Assembly (NCBI RefSeq): GCF_000372725.1
Contig: NW_005201392.1
Location: forward strand, 190,521 to 254,520
Length of the DNA stretch: 64,000 nucleotides
Source: Emiliania huxleyi CCMP1516
Taxonomy: Eukaryota
Direction of reading: 5' to 3'
The position numbers and the translations under genes are program-made. The notes under the pieces are model-generated. The model was not told where the DNA came from. It made no database searches and was given only the letters and a program-made list of their open reading frames with translations. This document shows, in pieces, positions 36,447 to 47,960 of the stretch. The stretch's first letter is position 1, and each line of letters starts with the position of its first letter.

Positions 36447-36647
36447 GCCTGCATCAACCCCTTCTGTTCCTCCCTACCTATACCAAACCCCTTGGTGCTT
36501 GGATGGACCCTCTCGTCACTCGTGTGGACGCCGACCCCCTCCCCCTACGCGCCCGCCCCGCCCCCGCGACGCCCTGCCCCCTAACCGCCCTCGCGCGCGC
36601 GCATCATTGACTTTCCACTTCCTCACCGCCCCCTTCCGGCCGCGCAG

Positions 36648-37806
36648 ACACCGTCGGCAAAGAGATCGTCGACCTGGTCCTCGACCGCATCCGCAAGCTC
36701 GCCGACAACTGCACCGGCCTGCAGGGCTTCTTCGCCTTCAACGCCATGGGCGGCGGCACCGGCTCCGGCCTGGGCGCCCTCCTCCTCGAGCGGCTCTCGG
36801 TCGACTACGGCCGCAAGTCCAAGGTCTCCTTCACCATCTACCCGGCGCCGCAGGTCTCGACCGCCGTCGTCGAGCCGTACAACTGCGTCCTCTCGACGCA
36901 CACGCTGCTCGAGCACACGGACGTCACATTCATGGTCGACAACGAGGCGCTGTACGACATCTGCCGCCGCAACCTCGACGTCGAGCGCCCGACGTACACC
37001 AACCTTAACCGCCTCACCGCCCAGATCATCTCGTCCATGACCGCCTCGCTCCGCTTCGACGGCGCGCTCAACGTCGACCTGACCGAGTTCCAGACGAACC
37101 TGGTGCCTTACCCGCGCATCCACCTGGCCATCGCCTCCTTCGCGCCCATCATCTCGGCCGAGAAGGCGTACCACGAGCAGCTCTCCGTCTCCGAGATCAC
37201 CAATGCCGTCTTCGAGCCCGCCTCGATGCTCGTCAAGGTCGACCCGCGCCACGGCAAGTACATGGCGTGCTGCCTCATGTACCGCGGCGACGTGGTGCCC
37301 AAGGACGTCAACTCCGCCGTGGCGACCATAAAGACGAAGCGCACGGTCCAGTTCGTCGACTGGTGCCCGACTGGCTTCAAGTGCGGCAGTGAGTTGCCGC
37401 TCCCCGCCTCCAACCCAGCGCGCGCATCCCCCTCCCCGCCGAGCCGTTTATCCCTCGCCTCCCTAGCCGGAGCCGCTCTCACGTGCCGCCTCCCCCCCTC
37501 CCTCCCCGCGCAGTCAACTACCAGCCGCCCACGGTCGTGCCGGGCGGCGACCTCGCCAAGGTGATGCGCGCCGTCACGATGATGTCCAACTCGACGTGCA
37601 TCGCCGAGCTCTACTCGCGCATCGACCACAAGTTCGACCTCATGTACGCCAAGCGCGCCTTTGTGCACTGGTACGTCGGCGAGGGCATGGAGGAGGGCGA
37701 GTTCTCCGAGGCGCGCGAGGACATGGCCGCACTGGAGAAGGACTACGAGGAGGTCGGTGCAGAGTCGGCTGAGGGCGAGGGCGAGGAGGAGGGAGAGGAG
37801 TACTAG
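36648..37806 (+). pseudogene. TUBA: Divergent alpha-tubulin lacking recognisable 5' exon(s) (about the first 107 aa); intron 37389-37513
   Basis: [49 protein letters not shown]-terminal EEY. Begins at an intron acceptor; no MREC exon is visible upstream. Confidence 0.8.
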
Positions 37807-38522
37807 ACGCGCTCCTGGTGCGGCGTCGTGGCCGGGCCTGCACTGCCCGGAAGCCCGGCGGATGGGGAGGGGTGGGTGGTGTCGAATGGCTTGCGTCTGC
37901 GCTGTGGGCCACACCGAATGGAAGCCCTGGCGGCGCGCCCAGCGGGCCCAGAGGGCCGTTTGCAATATGTGTGTTGGTATTATTTGTTGGTTGGAGTTTG
38001 CGGTGGGAAGGGTGGATCACGGAGCTTTTTTGTCCCAAAACTACAACGTGGATCTGGACTCTTCACGATGCTTACGATTTTGATAGCCAAACAAGTTCAA
38101 TTAAGTATTTCACGAAAAAATCGTGCTCATTCGTCATTGGTCGATTAGCAATTATGCGTTATGTGGGTGGCGGGGGCTGACGGGGAGAAAGAAAGAACGG
38201 CACGCACGTCGACCACGTACAGGCCGCTCCCATCCCTCCCTTGGGTTGTCTGTTTTCTCTCTTTCTTTCTTTACAGGCCGCTCCAGGACATCTCTCCTCA
38301 GATATATTGGATGCTATTTTTCGTTGAAGTTAAGTTGCTTATACAAACATGACCATCCGGTAGGAGGCGGTGGGAAAGGGAGTCGCAGTCACGGCTCGAG
38401 GGTTGTTTTCTGGATGTTGTGTTCCAGGACAGCCCAATTTTACGGACCCGACCCGACATGTTCAGGTGCTCGCAATTCGGCCGGTCTGTCGGCTGAAACG
38501 AACGGATTTGCACCTTGCTAAT

Positions 38523-41384
38523 ATGCCACGCTTAGCGTCGACGATCATCGCAATCGCCATCCCAGCCATCGCGGCCATCTCCGTGCAAGGTGCCCGACGC
38601 CGTCTTGCCTACGGCGGGCGTGACTACGACTGGCCCGTTCATTGGGAAGGGAAGTCCTTCGCTGACGCGTTTGAACAATCACCTGCTCGGCCGATGCACT
38701 CAGACGGCAGAGACATCACCAGCACAGACGACTGCCCGGCGCCGCTCAAGGCGGCGTGTGCCTCGAAGGGTGCGCGAACTGGCGGCCTAGCTTAAAGGCG
38801 TAGAACTGCGAAAGTCACATGGTAGTGAGTTGCTTCTGCCTCAGGCGTCAAGGCGGCTCACCTTGAGGGGCCCATCGCTTGCGGCGGCCAGGGCGCGTGG
38901 TGCCGCATCATGCCGAAGGCCGCTACCCGCCTTGCACGCCTCCCGGCCACTCCCTCTGCTCCTCACCGCTCCCACTCCTCCTCCCATGCCGAAGGACAAC
39001 TTCCCAACGCCATGCGGCGATTTCGGGAGCGCCTGCGGCGAGTTTAGCGACCCTAACTTCTTCTACTGCAACGGGACGACGGTGCGGAGTTCGTGCCCCT
39101 TAGCTACGTAGTGCCACACATGATACCTGAGCTCTCTGTGCCAGCCGCGTGGATTGACGGGTGCTTGACGTTCGACCCCCTCCTCGCTGCGCAGGGCAAT
39201 CTCCTGCCGGAGGGCGAGATAGGCCACGCCCACGGCTTCCGCCGCGACGCCACCTACACCGCCGAATCTGGCCTGGGGAGCGGGTGGCTCCAGGACCACT
39301 GGTGATCGCGCACCCACCAGCCGTAAGTGCTGTCGTCGTCCGAGCCATGACAGTGGCCGTCCGTGCCTATGATAGGTTCCGTGCCTACTCGGGCACCCTG
39401 CACTGCTGTTGCAACCCGTTCTCCGCGACCGGTGTGGTCAACCGGATGGACGCGGGCACCGACGGGCGGCCCGAACAGGAGATCGATCTGGGGTGGTGCG
39501 AGGGGGAGGAGAAGCAGGATCCGCTCTACAGCGGTGGCGAAGAGTGCTGGTCGGTCGAGTTCTTTGGTGACTATATGGCACTGCCGCTCACGGCGGCCGA
39601 GATGCCGCCACCCTACCCCAACATTTTGCCTGGGGAGGGGTCGCCATCTCCGTCGCCCTCGCCCTCGCCCGGCTCCAAGACATATGTCATCTCGGGAGGG
39701 AGCTTCATCTCCCCGTACTACGACTTTTCGCCCGCGCTCGAGCCCCTCGAGCCGGGCATGACGTACACCTTCGAAGCGGCGGGCATTGCCGCCAACCACC
39801 CCTTTGTCATCGCAGTGGCGTGGGGCATCGTCCCGGAGCCGCTCCCAACGCCCTTTCTGCAGGTGCCAGGGGAGCCGCTGCGACTCCTCGCCGGACGCAC
39901 ACGCAGACTCCCAAGACTCCCAACCTCCCCCGTAGGAGGGAGCGTTCCCGCTCGTCGGCAGCAGCGGGACCGTCACCTTCACTGTGCCGCCCTCGTACAA
40001 CGGCTCTCTCCGCTACTACTGTGACCGGCACGGCGACATGTCAGCGCTGCTGCCGCTCGCCGGCGTCGGGCCGCCAGCCCTCACGTGTCCATCGGAGGTG
40101 TGCGACTTCATCTGCCAGCCCTCCGCGTGCATGCTGCCCTCCTGCTCCCAGCTCTGCTCCAGGTGCTGTGTGCCAGTGCCGACGAAGCCACCCCCAGCGC
40201 CGCCACCGCCGGCATCCTCCTTGCCGCCACCCTCCCCCGCGACCGCCTCCGGATGCAACAGCGACGGGTGGTGCCAAAGCCCGGAGGGCCCATCGCAGCA
40301 GTGCGCAGACGACGCTGGACCACCATGGGCAGACGACCTGGATAACTTTGGCGCAAACGTCCGCTACCACGACAACACGCCCGCCGAGCCCATCCTGCCG
40401 GCAGACGGCGCCTGCCCTGGCGCCCTTGCCGGAGCGTGCGCTGTCAAGGGTATCAAGGCCGCCTATCTTGATGGACCGATCGACTGCGGCGGGCAGGGCT
40501 GGTTCTGTCGCATCATGCCGCAGCCCGGTTGGGGGGACTGCAGCTATGGCGACTGCAACTTTGCGAACTGTGCCACGCCAAACGCGGACGAGCTCGACAC
40601 GGACGGCCACTGTCATGGCTCGGACGACGACAGCACTTACGGCTGGTGGGTGCGCGATCACCACTTCCGAGGCTATACAGGCACGCTGAACTGCTGCTGC
40701 GGGTCAGCGACGCACTTCACCGCACCGCCTCCGCAACCCTCCCGCGTCTCTAAGTTGCGCCCGCCTTGTAGGTGGGGTGAGCCGATGCACGGTGTCGTCA
40801 ACCGCTGTGACTACCGCAAGCCCGTCAGCGGGGACGAGGTGTCTACTTGCCGCGACGCGAACGAGGAGCACAGCGTTGATTTCAACCCCACGTGCGACGC
40901 CCATCCTCTCAAGCCCGACCCGGTCACGAACGGCGGCATGTGCTGGACGGTGCGCAGCTTTGCCGCCAAGGACGACGACGAGGGCGGAGGAGGAGGCGGC
41001 GGCGGCGGCGGCGATGACGATGATGAGGAGGACGGGGAGGAGGAGGAGGAGCCCGAATGCTCCACGTTAGAGGACAGGGAGGAGTGCGAGGATGCAGACT
41101 ACTGCAAGTGGAAGAAGAAGAAGCAGCAGTGTAAGGACGGCAATCAGGACGATGACGATGACGACGAGGAGGAGCCCGAATGCTCCACGTTAGAGGACAG
41201 GGAGGAGTGCGAGGATGCAGACTACTGCAAGTGGAAGAAGAAGAAGCAGCAGTGTAAGGACGGCAATCAGGACGATGACGATGACGACGAGGAGGAGCCC
41301 GAATGCTCCACGTTTGAGGACAAGGAGGAGTGCGAGGACGCGAGCTACTGCAAGTGGAAGAAGAAGAAGTGTAAGGACAAGTAG
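38523..41384 (+). CDS. Secreted multidomain protein: signal peptide, two homologous Cys-rich domains, cupredoxin-like domain, Pro-rich linkers, acidic C-terminal repeats
   Basis: Hydrophobic N-terminus. A duplicated domain (G.KAA.L.GPI.CGGQG..CRIMP...GH.HG...DH.FR.Y.GTL.CCC). NHPF...YYCDRHGDM matches a type-1 copper ligand pattern. Confidence 0.7.
41040..41381 (+). repeat. 120-bp coding tandem repeat (about 2.8 units; EEEPECSTLEDREECEDADYCKWKKKKQQCKDGNQDDDDD)
   Basis: Seen directly in the sequence. Confidence 0.95.
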
Positions 41385-41871
41385 GACCCCCCCCCCTCCC
41401 GCCCGCCCACCCGCCAGGAGGGTTGATGCTACGGCCCTGTTCAGTATCGGCGTCCGCGCGGTCAGTCGTGCTTGCCTCGTCATGTGTTCATGTATTCACC
41501 TGTGCAGCGCGCTGCACACGCGCGCAACACGGTGCACCTCGGCCCGGGGCGCGGCCGCCGCCGGCGCGGGACGGGCGACTCTCGTTTTTCGTGTAAAATG
41601 TAAATGATGGGGGGGGGTACTCTATATCTTCACACGTCTCACGTCACACTTTTGCTGCCGAGGACAGTGTGACATATCGTCCGCGTCTTTCTACTGACGT
41701 GTATACACAGTCATCAAGGAGCCATGCTGCGTGCACAACTCCAGAGTGCAGAGAGTCGGTACATGCGACCGCGTCAGCTCAGCAAGAACAACAGCAGAGC
41801 CGGCCGCCGCCATCGATCCAAGCCTGTGACCACCGTGTGTGCCCTCTTCTGACCCTCGCATCGCCCCCGCC

Positions 41872-44298
41872 TCAGCCCTTCTTGCGGAAGCTGCCCTTGC
41901 TCTTTCGCTTGTGGAAGGCAACCGGCGCGGCGGCGGCGGCCGCTTCCTCCGCCTCGCCCTGCAGCGCGGCTTCGCGGATGACGTCGGGCACCTGCGGAGG
42001 CCCAACAAGCGCCGAGAGTGAGGGGGCGGTGTCGAAGGCGGGCGGTGTCCGGTCGGGCGGCCGCGCGCCGCATACTTTGCCCGGACCTGGTCGACGATGT
42101 CTTGCCGGTCGTCCTACAGTCACGACCTCTCCTCCTCCGTCCCCGCCGGCCCCTCTTATCTCAGCGGGGGGGGGGGGGGGGGGGGGGGGGGCACTCCTTT
42201 TTTTTTTCGGGCCCCCCCCCAAAACCCCAAGGGGGGGGGGGGCCTTTTTTCCCCCCCCCCCCAAATGGGGGGGTTGGGGAAGGTTCCACCCCCCCCCAGG
42301 GCCCTTCGGGGGGGGGAAAGAAGGGTTTTGAGGGGTGGTGGGGAAAGAAAGGGGGAAAAAGGCCCCCCAGGGGAAAAAAAAAAGGGGGGAACCCCCTCCC
42401 GGGTCCCCCCCCCTTCTAACCCCCTTTCCCCCAAATGAAATTTTTCCCAATCCGCGGGCCCCAAAACCTTTGGAAGGATTTGTGGCCCCCCCCCCCCCCC
42501 CCTAAAGGGGCCCAGGGCCGGGCTTTTTTAAAAAAACCTCCCCAAAAACACTGCCCCCCCCCCNNNNNNNNNNNNNNNNNNNNNNNNNNNNNNNNNNNNN
42601 NNNNNNNNNNNNNNNNNNNNNNNNNNNNNNNNNNNNNNNNNNNNNNNNNNNNNNNNNNNNNNNGCCCCGCATCAATGGGTCGCCAGGAGCGGGCGGGCCT
42701 TCCTTCGTAGAGCTGCGGTGAACCGCTCCGAGGGAGCTCCCCCCAGCCTACCATGGAAGGGCAGTGGGCACACCTTTCCAGGACCTGTAGGAGCGAGGGT
42801 CAAGACCGCCCGGAAGCTTGGCGCCCGAAGAGATTCAAAGATCTGGTTGCGGAGTAGCTTCCGATCCCAAAGGCCGCGTCGCGGAAGCCGCCTACGCCCG
42901 AGGCGCCGTACCCGCACTGCTGTCGTCATTACTCAGCGCGCTCGACGAGGCGGCGACGGTGAGGGGCTGAGAGGGGGCAGCGAGGGGTGAGAGAAGACGG
43001 GCGGAGCCACATCCCGGCTCCGCCCTCCTCCTAGCCCCCTCTCGCCCAATCGCAATCTCTCCCAGTCCGCGCGCACCGAACCCTGTCGACGGATCTGCAG
43101 CCTCCTCGCCCTCCGCCTCAGCGGCGCCAGCGCCGGCCTCCTGTAGCAGAGCCTGCACGAGAGCACTGCCGCCCGCCGCTCCGCCGCTCATGGCCTCGCC
43201 GCTCGATGCGCCGCCGCCACTGTCAACGCCGCCACCTCCGCCGCCGCCACCGCCGCCGCCGCCGCTGCTGCCGCCGCCGCCGCCGGCACTAGCACCGGCA
43301 CCGGTGTCAGGCAAGCGGGCGGCGCGGGAAGGCCCCAGCGCCGCGCCTTCGCCGAAGAAGTCATACTCGGCCTCCTCCGCCGCCGCGCCCGCCGCCGACG
43401 CCGCGCCCGCCGCCGCTGCTGCGTGGGCCTGCCCCGCCGCTTCGTTGGCCAGCCCCGCCGCTTGCGCATCGGTCGAGCCCTCGCTCCAGCCGGCAGGCGC
43501 CTACCCACAGCACACGAGGCACCTCGCGAAGCGGTAGCCCCACGCCTCGACCCTCCCCGTGCGGCGGGCGCGCCTCCCATTGCGTCGTCTGGCTCGCCGC
43601 GTGGTAGTAGTACGGCACGCCCTCGGGCGAGTAGCCGCACTGCCAGCCGGGAGCGCCGCCGCCGCCGCCAGAGCTTGCGGCGGCGGCGGCTGGGTTCTCC
43701 CACTGCGTGGCGCCCGTCTCCTCGTGCACGTAGTAGAAGCTGTCGGGGAAGGGGGAACGGGGGGTGGGGGGTTGCATGTGCATGTGCATGTGCATGTGCA
43801 TGTGCATGTGCATGTGTCTCTTGCTCGGTCGAGTCACCGGCCGTCTGGGTTGGCCTTGACCCTCCAGCCGTCGGGCGGAGGCAGTGCTTTCCCGCCGGCC
43901 GCGCCGCCGGCCGCGCTGCCAAACGCGGCACCGCCCAGCTGCTGCTGCTTCGCCGAAGCGAGCCGCGCTTCCAACTCGGCGAGCCGCGCAGCCCGGTCCG
44001 CCGGCCCGCCGCCCACCGCTGCGACCGCACCACCGCCGCCGGAGCGAGGGCCAGGGCCCGCGTCTTTCATGTACTGGCGCATCGCGTCGCGCTCGATCTT
44101 TTGCAGCTCGCGGCTCACCTCCTGCTCCTCGTGCCGCCGCTCGCGCCCGCGCTTGCGCATGTCCTTCATGAAGAGCTCGACGATCTCCTTGTGCTTGCGC
44201 CCATTCTCATGGAAGGCGATGGACGGCTTGGAGCCGTTGATGAAGATCTTGCAGTACTCGCACCAGTGGCGGGCCTGAGAGACCCAGTACTCCGTCAT
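41872..44298 (-). CDS. WBP4: WBP4/FBP21-like splicing factor (U1-type zinc finger plus two WW domains), interrupted by a sequence gap
   Basis: MTEYWVSQARHWCEYCKIFI...HENGRKHKE; WW domains GWR...FYYVHEETGATQWENP and GWQ...YYYHAASQTTQWE; C-terminal VAFHKRK. The join across the N-gap is inferred. Confidence 0.8.
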
Positions 44299-44572
44299 GT
44301 AGGTAGCCGCGCAAAAATGCCTGGGCGGGTTCGGGCTCTGGCGCCGGATCGGGACTTCGCGTGCCATCTCGAATCAGAATCAACACGAATTCTCTCGTGA
44401 AATAACTTCCGGGGCCGCTGTTCATCCTTTGGGGTCCCTGCCGACGGCAAGACCGAAAAGGAAAGGCCGCAACACTCATGAAAAAAGAAAATCTGCACAC
44501 GACTGCTTGCGGTGCTGCACCCCCCTGGCAAGCCAGCGCAGCCGGAGCCGAGCTGAGGTTGTTGTGTCGATC

Positions 44573-45504
44573 ATGGACCCCTCTCCGTACGCCGCTTTCG
44601 ATGCCGACGCCAAGCCGTCCGCCCGTCCGTGGAAGATCGCGACTGCCATGTGCGGTGCCATCGCGCTTGGTCTCTCGGGCGCTGTCCTCGGTCTCGCGAA
44701 CGAGCGCAAGCTGATGCAGCGCATGGGAGCGTCCACCGTGGTCGGCTCGTACATGGCAGACGCGCTAACCTCGATGTACGACTTTGAGTTTGAGGCGACG
44801 ACGCTCGGCGGCGAGCGTGTGGCGCTCAAGGCCTTCAAGGGCAAGCCGCTGCTGGTGATGAACGTCGCGACGCTCTGAGGCACAACCGTGCGAGACTTCA
44901 CTGCGATGAATGCGCTCGCGAGCAAGTTTGGCGATGGCTTCTCAATTCTCGCCTTCCCCTGCAACCAGTTTGGCCACCAGACGCAGGAGGACAACTCGGA
45001 GATCCTCAGCATGCTCAAGCACGTCCGCCCGGGCGGCGGTTTCACGCCTGCGGCGCAGGTGACAATGTTTGAGAAAGTGAATGTCAATGGCGCGACCGCC
45101 CACCCTCTGTTTGCCTGGCTCCGCTCGCAAATCCTGTTGCCGATGGACTCGATGGCGTCCGTGCACGAGGCTGGGATGCCGGACCCACTAAAGATGGTGT
45201 CGGCACGCGCGAGCGACGGCAACAGCACCCTCGTGCTGTGGACGCCAGTCACGCGAAGCGACATCGCGTGGAACTTCGAGGCGAGCGGCCCCGCCGCCGC
45301 CTAGCGCCACGCCCCGCCGCCCCCACAGTGCCCCCTTGTTCACCTCGCGCTCCCATCCACTCGCAGAAGTTCCTCATCGATGGCGACGGCATGTGCGTCA
45401 AGCGCTACTCGCAGTTCTACCCCACGATCGACATCGCGGCCGACATCGAGAAGCTGCTCCAAGCAGACGAGGCCGAGGGCGTGGTCAAGCCGACCACGCC
45501 TTGA
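44573..45504 (+). CDS. GPX: Selenocysteine glutathione peroxidase (GPX1-like) with N-terminal hydrophobic segment; Sec TGA at 44876-44878; GC-AG intron 45281-45366
   Basis: NVATL-U-GTT, LAFPCNQFGHQ, VRPGGGF, FEKVNVNG..AHPLF, DIAWNFE|KFLI; SECIS downstream. Confidence 0.95.
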
Positions 45505-45546
45505 GATTGGCGAATAGCTCCAGCAGCCGGCATGGCAGCGCCCGTT

Positions 45547-45616
45547 TGCGACACATCATGAAGGTCGTCCGCCAAAGCACTCCGCGTGTTCGGGCGAGCC
45601 GGAACTCGTTGTCGCA
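45547..45616 (+). promoter_or_regulatory. Eukaryotic SECIS element (type II) in the GPX 3' UTR
   Basis: Helix I TGCGACA/TGTCGCA; ATGAA at 45558; helix II GGTCGTCCG/CGGGCGAGCC; apical AAA plus mini-stem GCAC/GTGT; 3' GGAA. Confidence 0.88.
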
Positions 45617-45706
45617 CGTGGCCGCAAGAAGGTTGCGCTTGGGTGATGTGCTGTCCGCCCCGCCCTGCCCAAAACAAGAGAGTTAAATGGGTGAAAATAA
45701 TGTCGC

Positions 45707-46138
45707 GGTCTCGGGCGAGGCCGAGCGTTTTTAATCTCTCGGTCAGTGGGGGGCCGAGCCGCCTCGGGCGTCGGGGTGGCGGGCGGGCGGGCGTTTTGAA
45801 AAACAGAAAACAAGAGGGGGGCCGGGGGCCCAGGCCCCCCACTGGGAGTAGAAAATACACCCAAGGGGGCCAAGGAGGCGGCGCGGGGAAGCAGCATCAG
45901 GTGGGAGCAGGAAGGATGGCGCTTAGGGTCGGCTTTGAACAAGGATTTCCAGGTTTTAGATCAGTATTGGTGTCGGCACACATCCCCACATGAGGTCAGC
46001 GGCGCGCAGTGGCTCTCTCGCAGGCTGATTTTGGCTGTTTTCGAGTTTGTTTTTGTTTTCAGACTAGGGGGCCCAACCCCCTCAGAGGCGGCGGGCGGGC
46101 GCCCACTGACCGAGAGATCAAAAACGCTCGGCCCGAGA
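45707..46138. mobile_element. MITE/foldback element with long imperfect TIRs
   Basis: GGCCGAGCGTTTTTAATCTCTCGGTCAGTGGG (about 45719) is inverted relative to CCCACTGACCGAGAGATCAAAAACGCTCGGCC (about 46102-46133). Confidence 0.75.
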
Positions 46139-47887
46139 GTGGAGAGAGAGAAGAATGTGAATGAGAATATTTTACTATTTACAACAAAACTCTCTCTCTC
46201 TCGACACTAGGCACGGGACTGGCGCGCACTGGCACTAACACAGGTACACCACGGGAGCCGCCTAAGCGACTCCTGCGAGGACATGAGAAGGTCGACTGGG
46301 CCGACTACGGTGAGCCATACGGACCTTGCACAAAACCTTTTCCTTCTAAGCAGGGCTACACAATGACCCTATAGTGTGGGGGTGTTCCTGGTGAGTTGTT
46401 ATGAGTAGAATTAGATTAGCCAATGGTATTTTGTAGTTCATATGAAAATACCAACTTGCCTATGTGCACGTCTCCGCGGCGGCGGCCCGGCGGCGGCCCG
46501 GCGGAGCGGTCAGAGCAGCACTGCGCCGGCCGGCGATCGACTCTCGACTATAACACGGGCTCTATTGAATGGCCTCAAGGTACTCTCTAGGGCTGCCCTA
46601 TTCCGCTCGCCCGGCTACGTCGCCGGGCTTCGAAGGAAAAGGTTTCGCTCGGCACGGCGTCGGCGAGCAAACTTCGACGTTCGTCCTATAGTGGAAGCTG
46701 GACGTACGCTTGCCGGCGCGGGTGATGCAGCCCAAGGTGACGGCGACGGCGGAGGGGGCGGCGGCAGAGGAAGAGGCGACGGCGGCGGCGATGGCCGCGG
46801 GGTCGGCCCGCCCGCTTTTGCTGCTGGTGCTGTGGGATGTCGGTCATCTCTCATCTGCCACCACTCGCCAGCGACAAGGTTGCTGGGTCCATGGACGCAG
46901 ACTTGCTGGAGATTGAAGAGGTGCTCGGCGTGCGTTACTGTGCGATCCGAGCCAGATGACTGCGGTTGCGCTGAGGAACCCTGTCGTTGAAGACGACCAG
47001 TGCTTGGAGTACCTCGTCTCGGCAGGTCCCGACGACAGTGGCTTCCATTCTGTCGCTTGGTTTTTTCACGGCGACTTGCTGGACCATACAGGGCGGACAC
47101 GGTCAAGGCAGCGATACAAGAGTACAAGGACTGGATAAGGAATTTACGGCGCTGGCGGAGGCGTGTGACGAGGCTGATGCTGAGTAGCCGCACCAGCGCT
47201 GCTCAGCGGCAGTTTGCGCCGACCAGGGGCAGGGGCAGTGGTAGACAGTGGACGTGGTGAGGCTGCTCTGCGAGCGATGACACTAGCAGGAGCATCATGA
47301 GTGTCATCGGAGTCACTTGTGTTACGATATCACCACGCCGCCACGATCGCAAGGGCCGCCTAAGCGCCTAAGCACCCTAAGCACCCCCCGCTTAGGCCGC
47401 TTAGGCGCTTAGGCGAGTGACGGCCACTCCCCGGGGCCTGGCGTGCCTCCGCCGTGGGCTGAGCGCCTGGGAGAGCCACTCGGCAAGTGGTGTGCGAGCG
47501 TGTAGCCTTTAGCGTGCAGTCGGCCACTGGCGCGAGACGCGCGCTAGTGAACTCGCCCAGGGAAGCCGATCTGTGCCTTATCGTTGTGCACATTTTTTAC
47601 GCAAATACTCGGCCCCGCTAGCAAGTCACGAAGTTGGCAAGGGAGAGGGGGAGACGAGCAAACATCACGAAACGGACACAAAGTCTGCGCACACTGGCCA
47701 CTGTGTGCAGTCCGCAAAGCGCCAGCAGGAAACGAAAACAGCGCGTTTTCGTCACAGCGTGAGGTTACCCACAGAACCTCAGTATTTCTCGAGCAAAGTT
47801 CAAACTCTATCTCCGCACCCCGCATCGCCCAACAAACGTGTGCGCTCTCCGTCGTCGTCGCCCACCGGAGGCGCGCCGCTCTTATCG

Positions 47888-47888
<1 letters not shown>

Positions 47889-47958
<70 letters not shown>
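47889..47958 (+). repeat. (CA)n microsatellite
   Basis: Seen directly in the sequence. Confidence 0.98.

Positions 47959-47960
<2 letters not shown>

Noticed and set aside
42165..42563. G/C/A/T homopolymer-rich ORFs
   Set aside because: Typical low-quality read end next to the N-gap.
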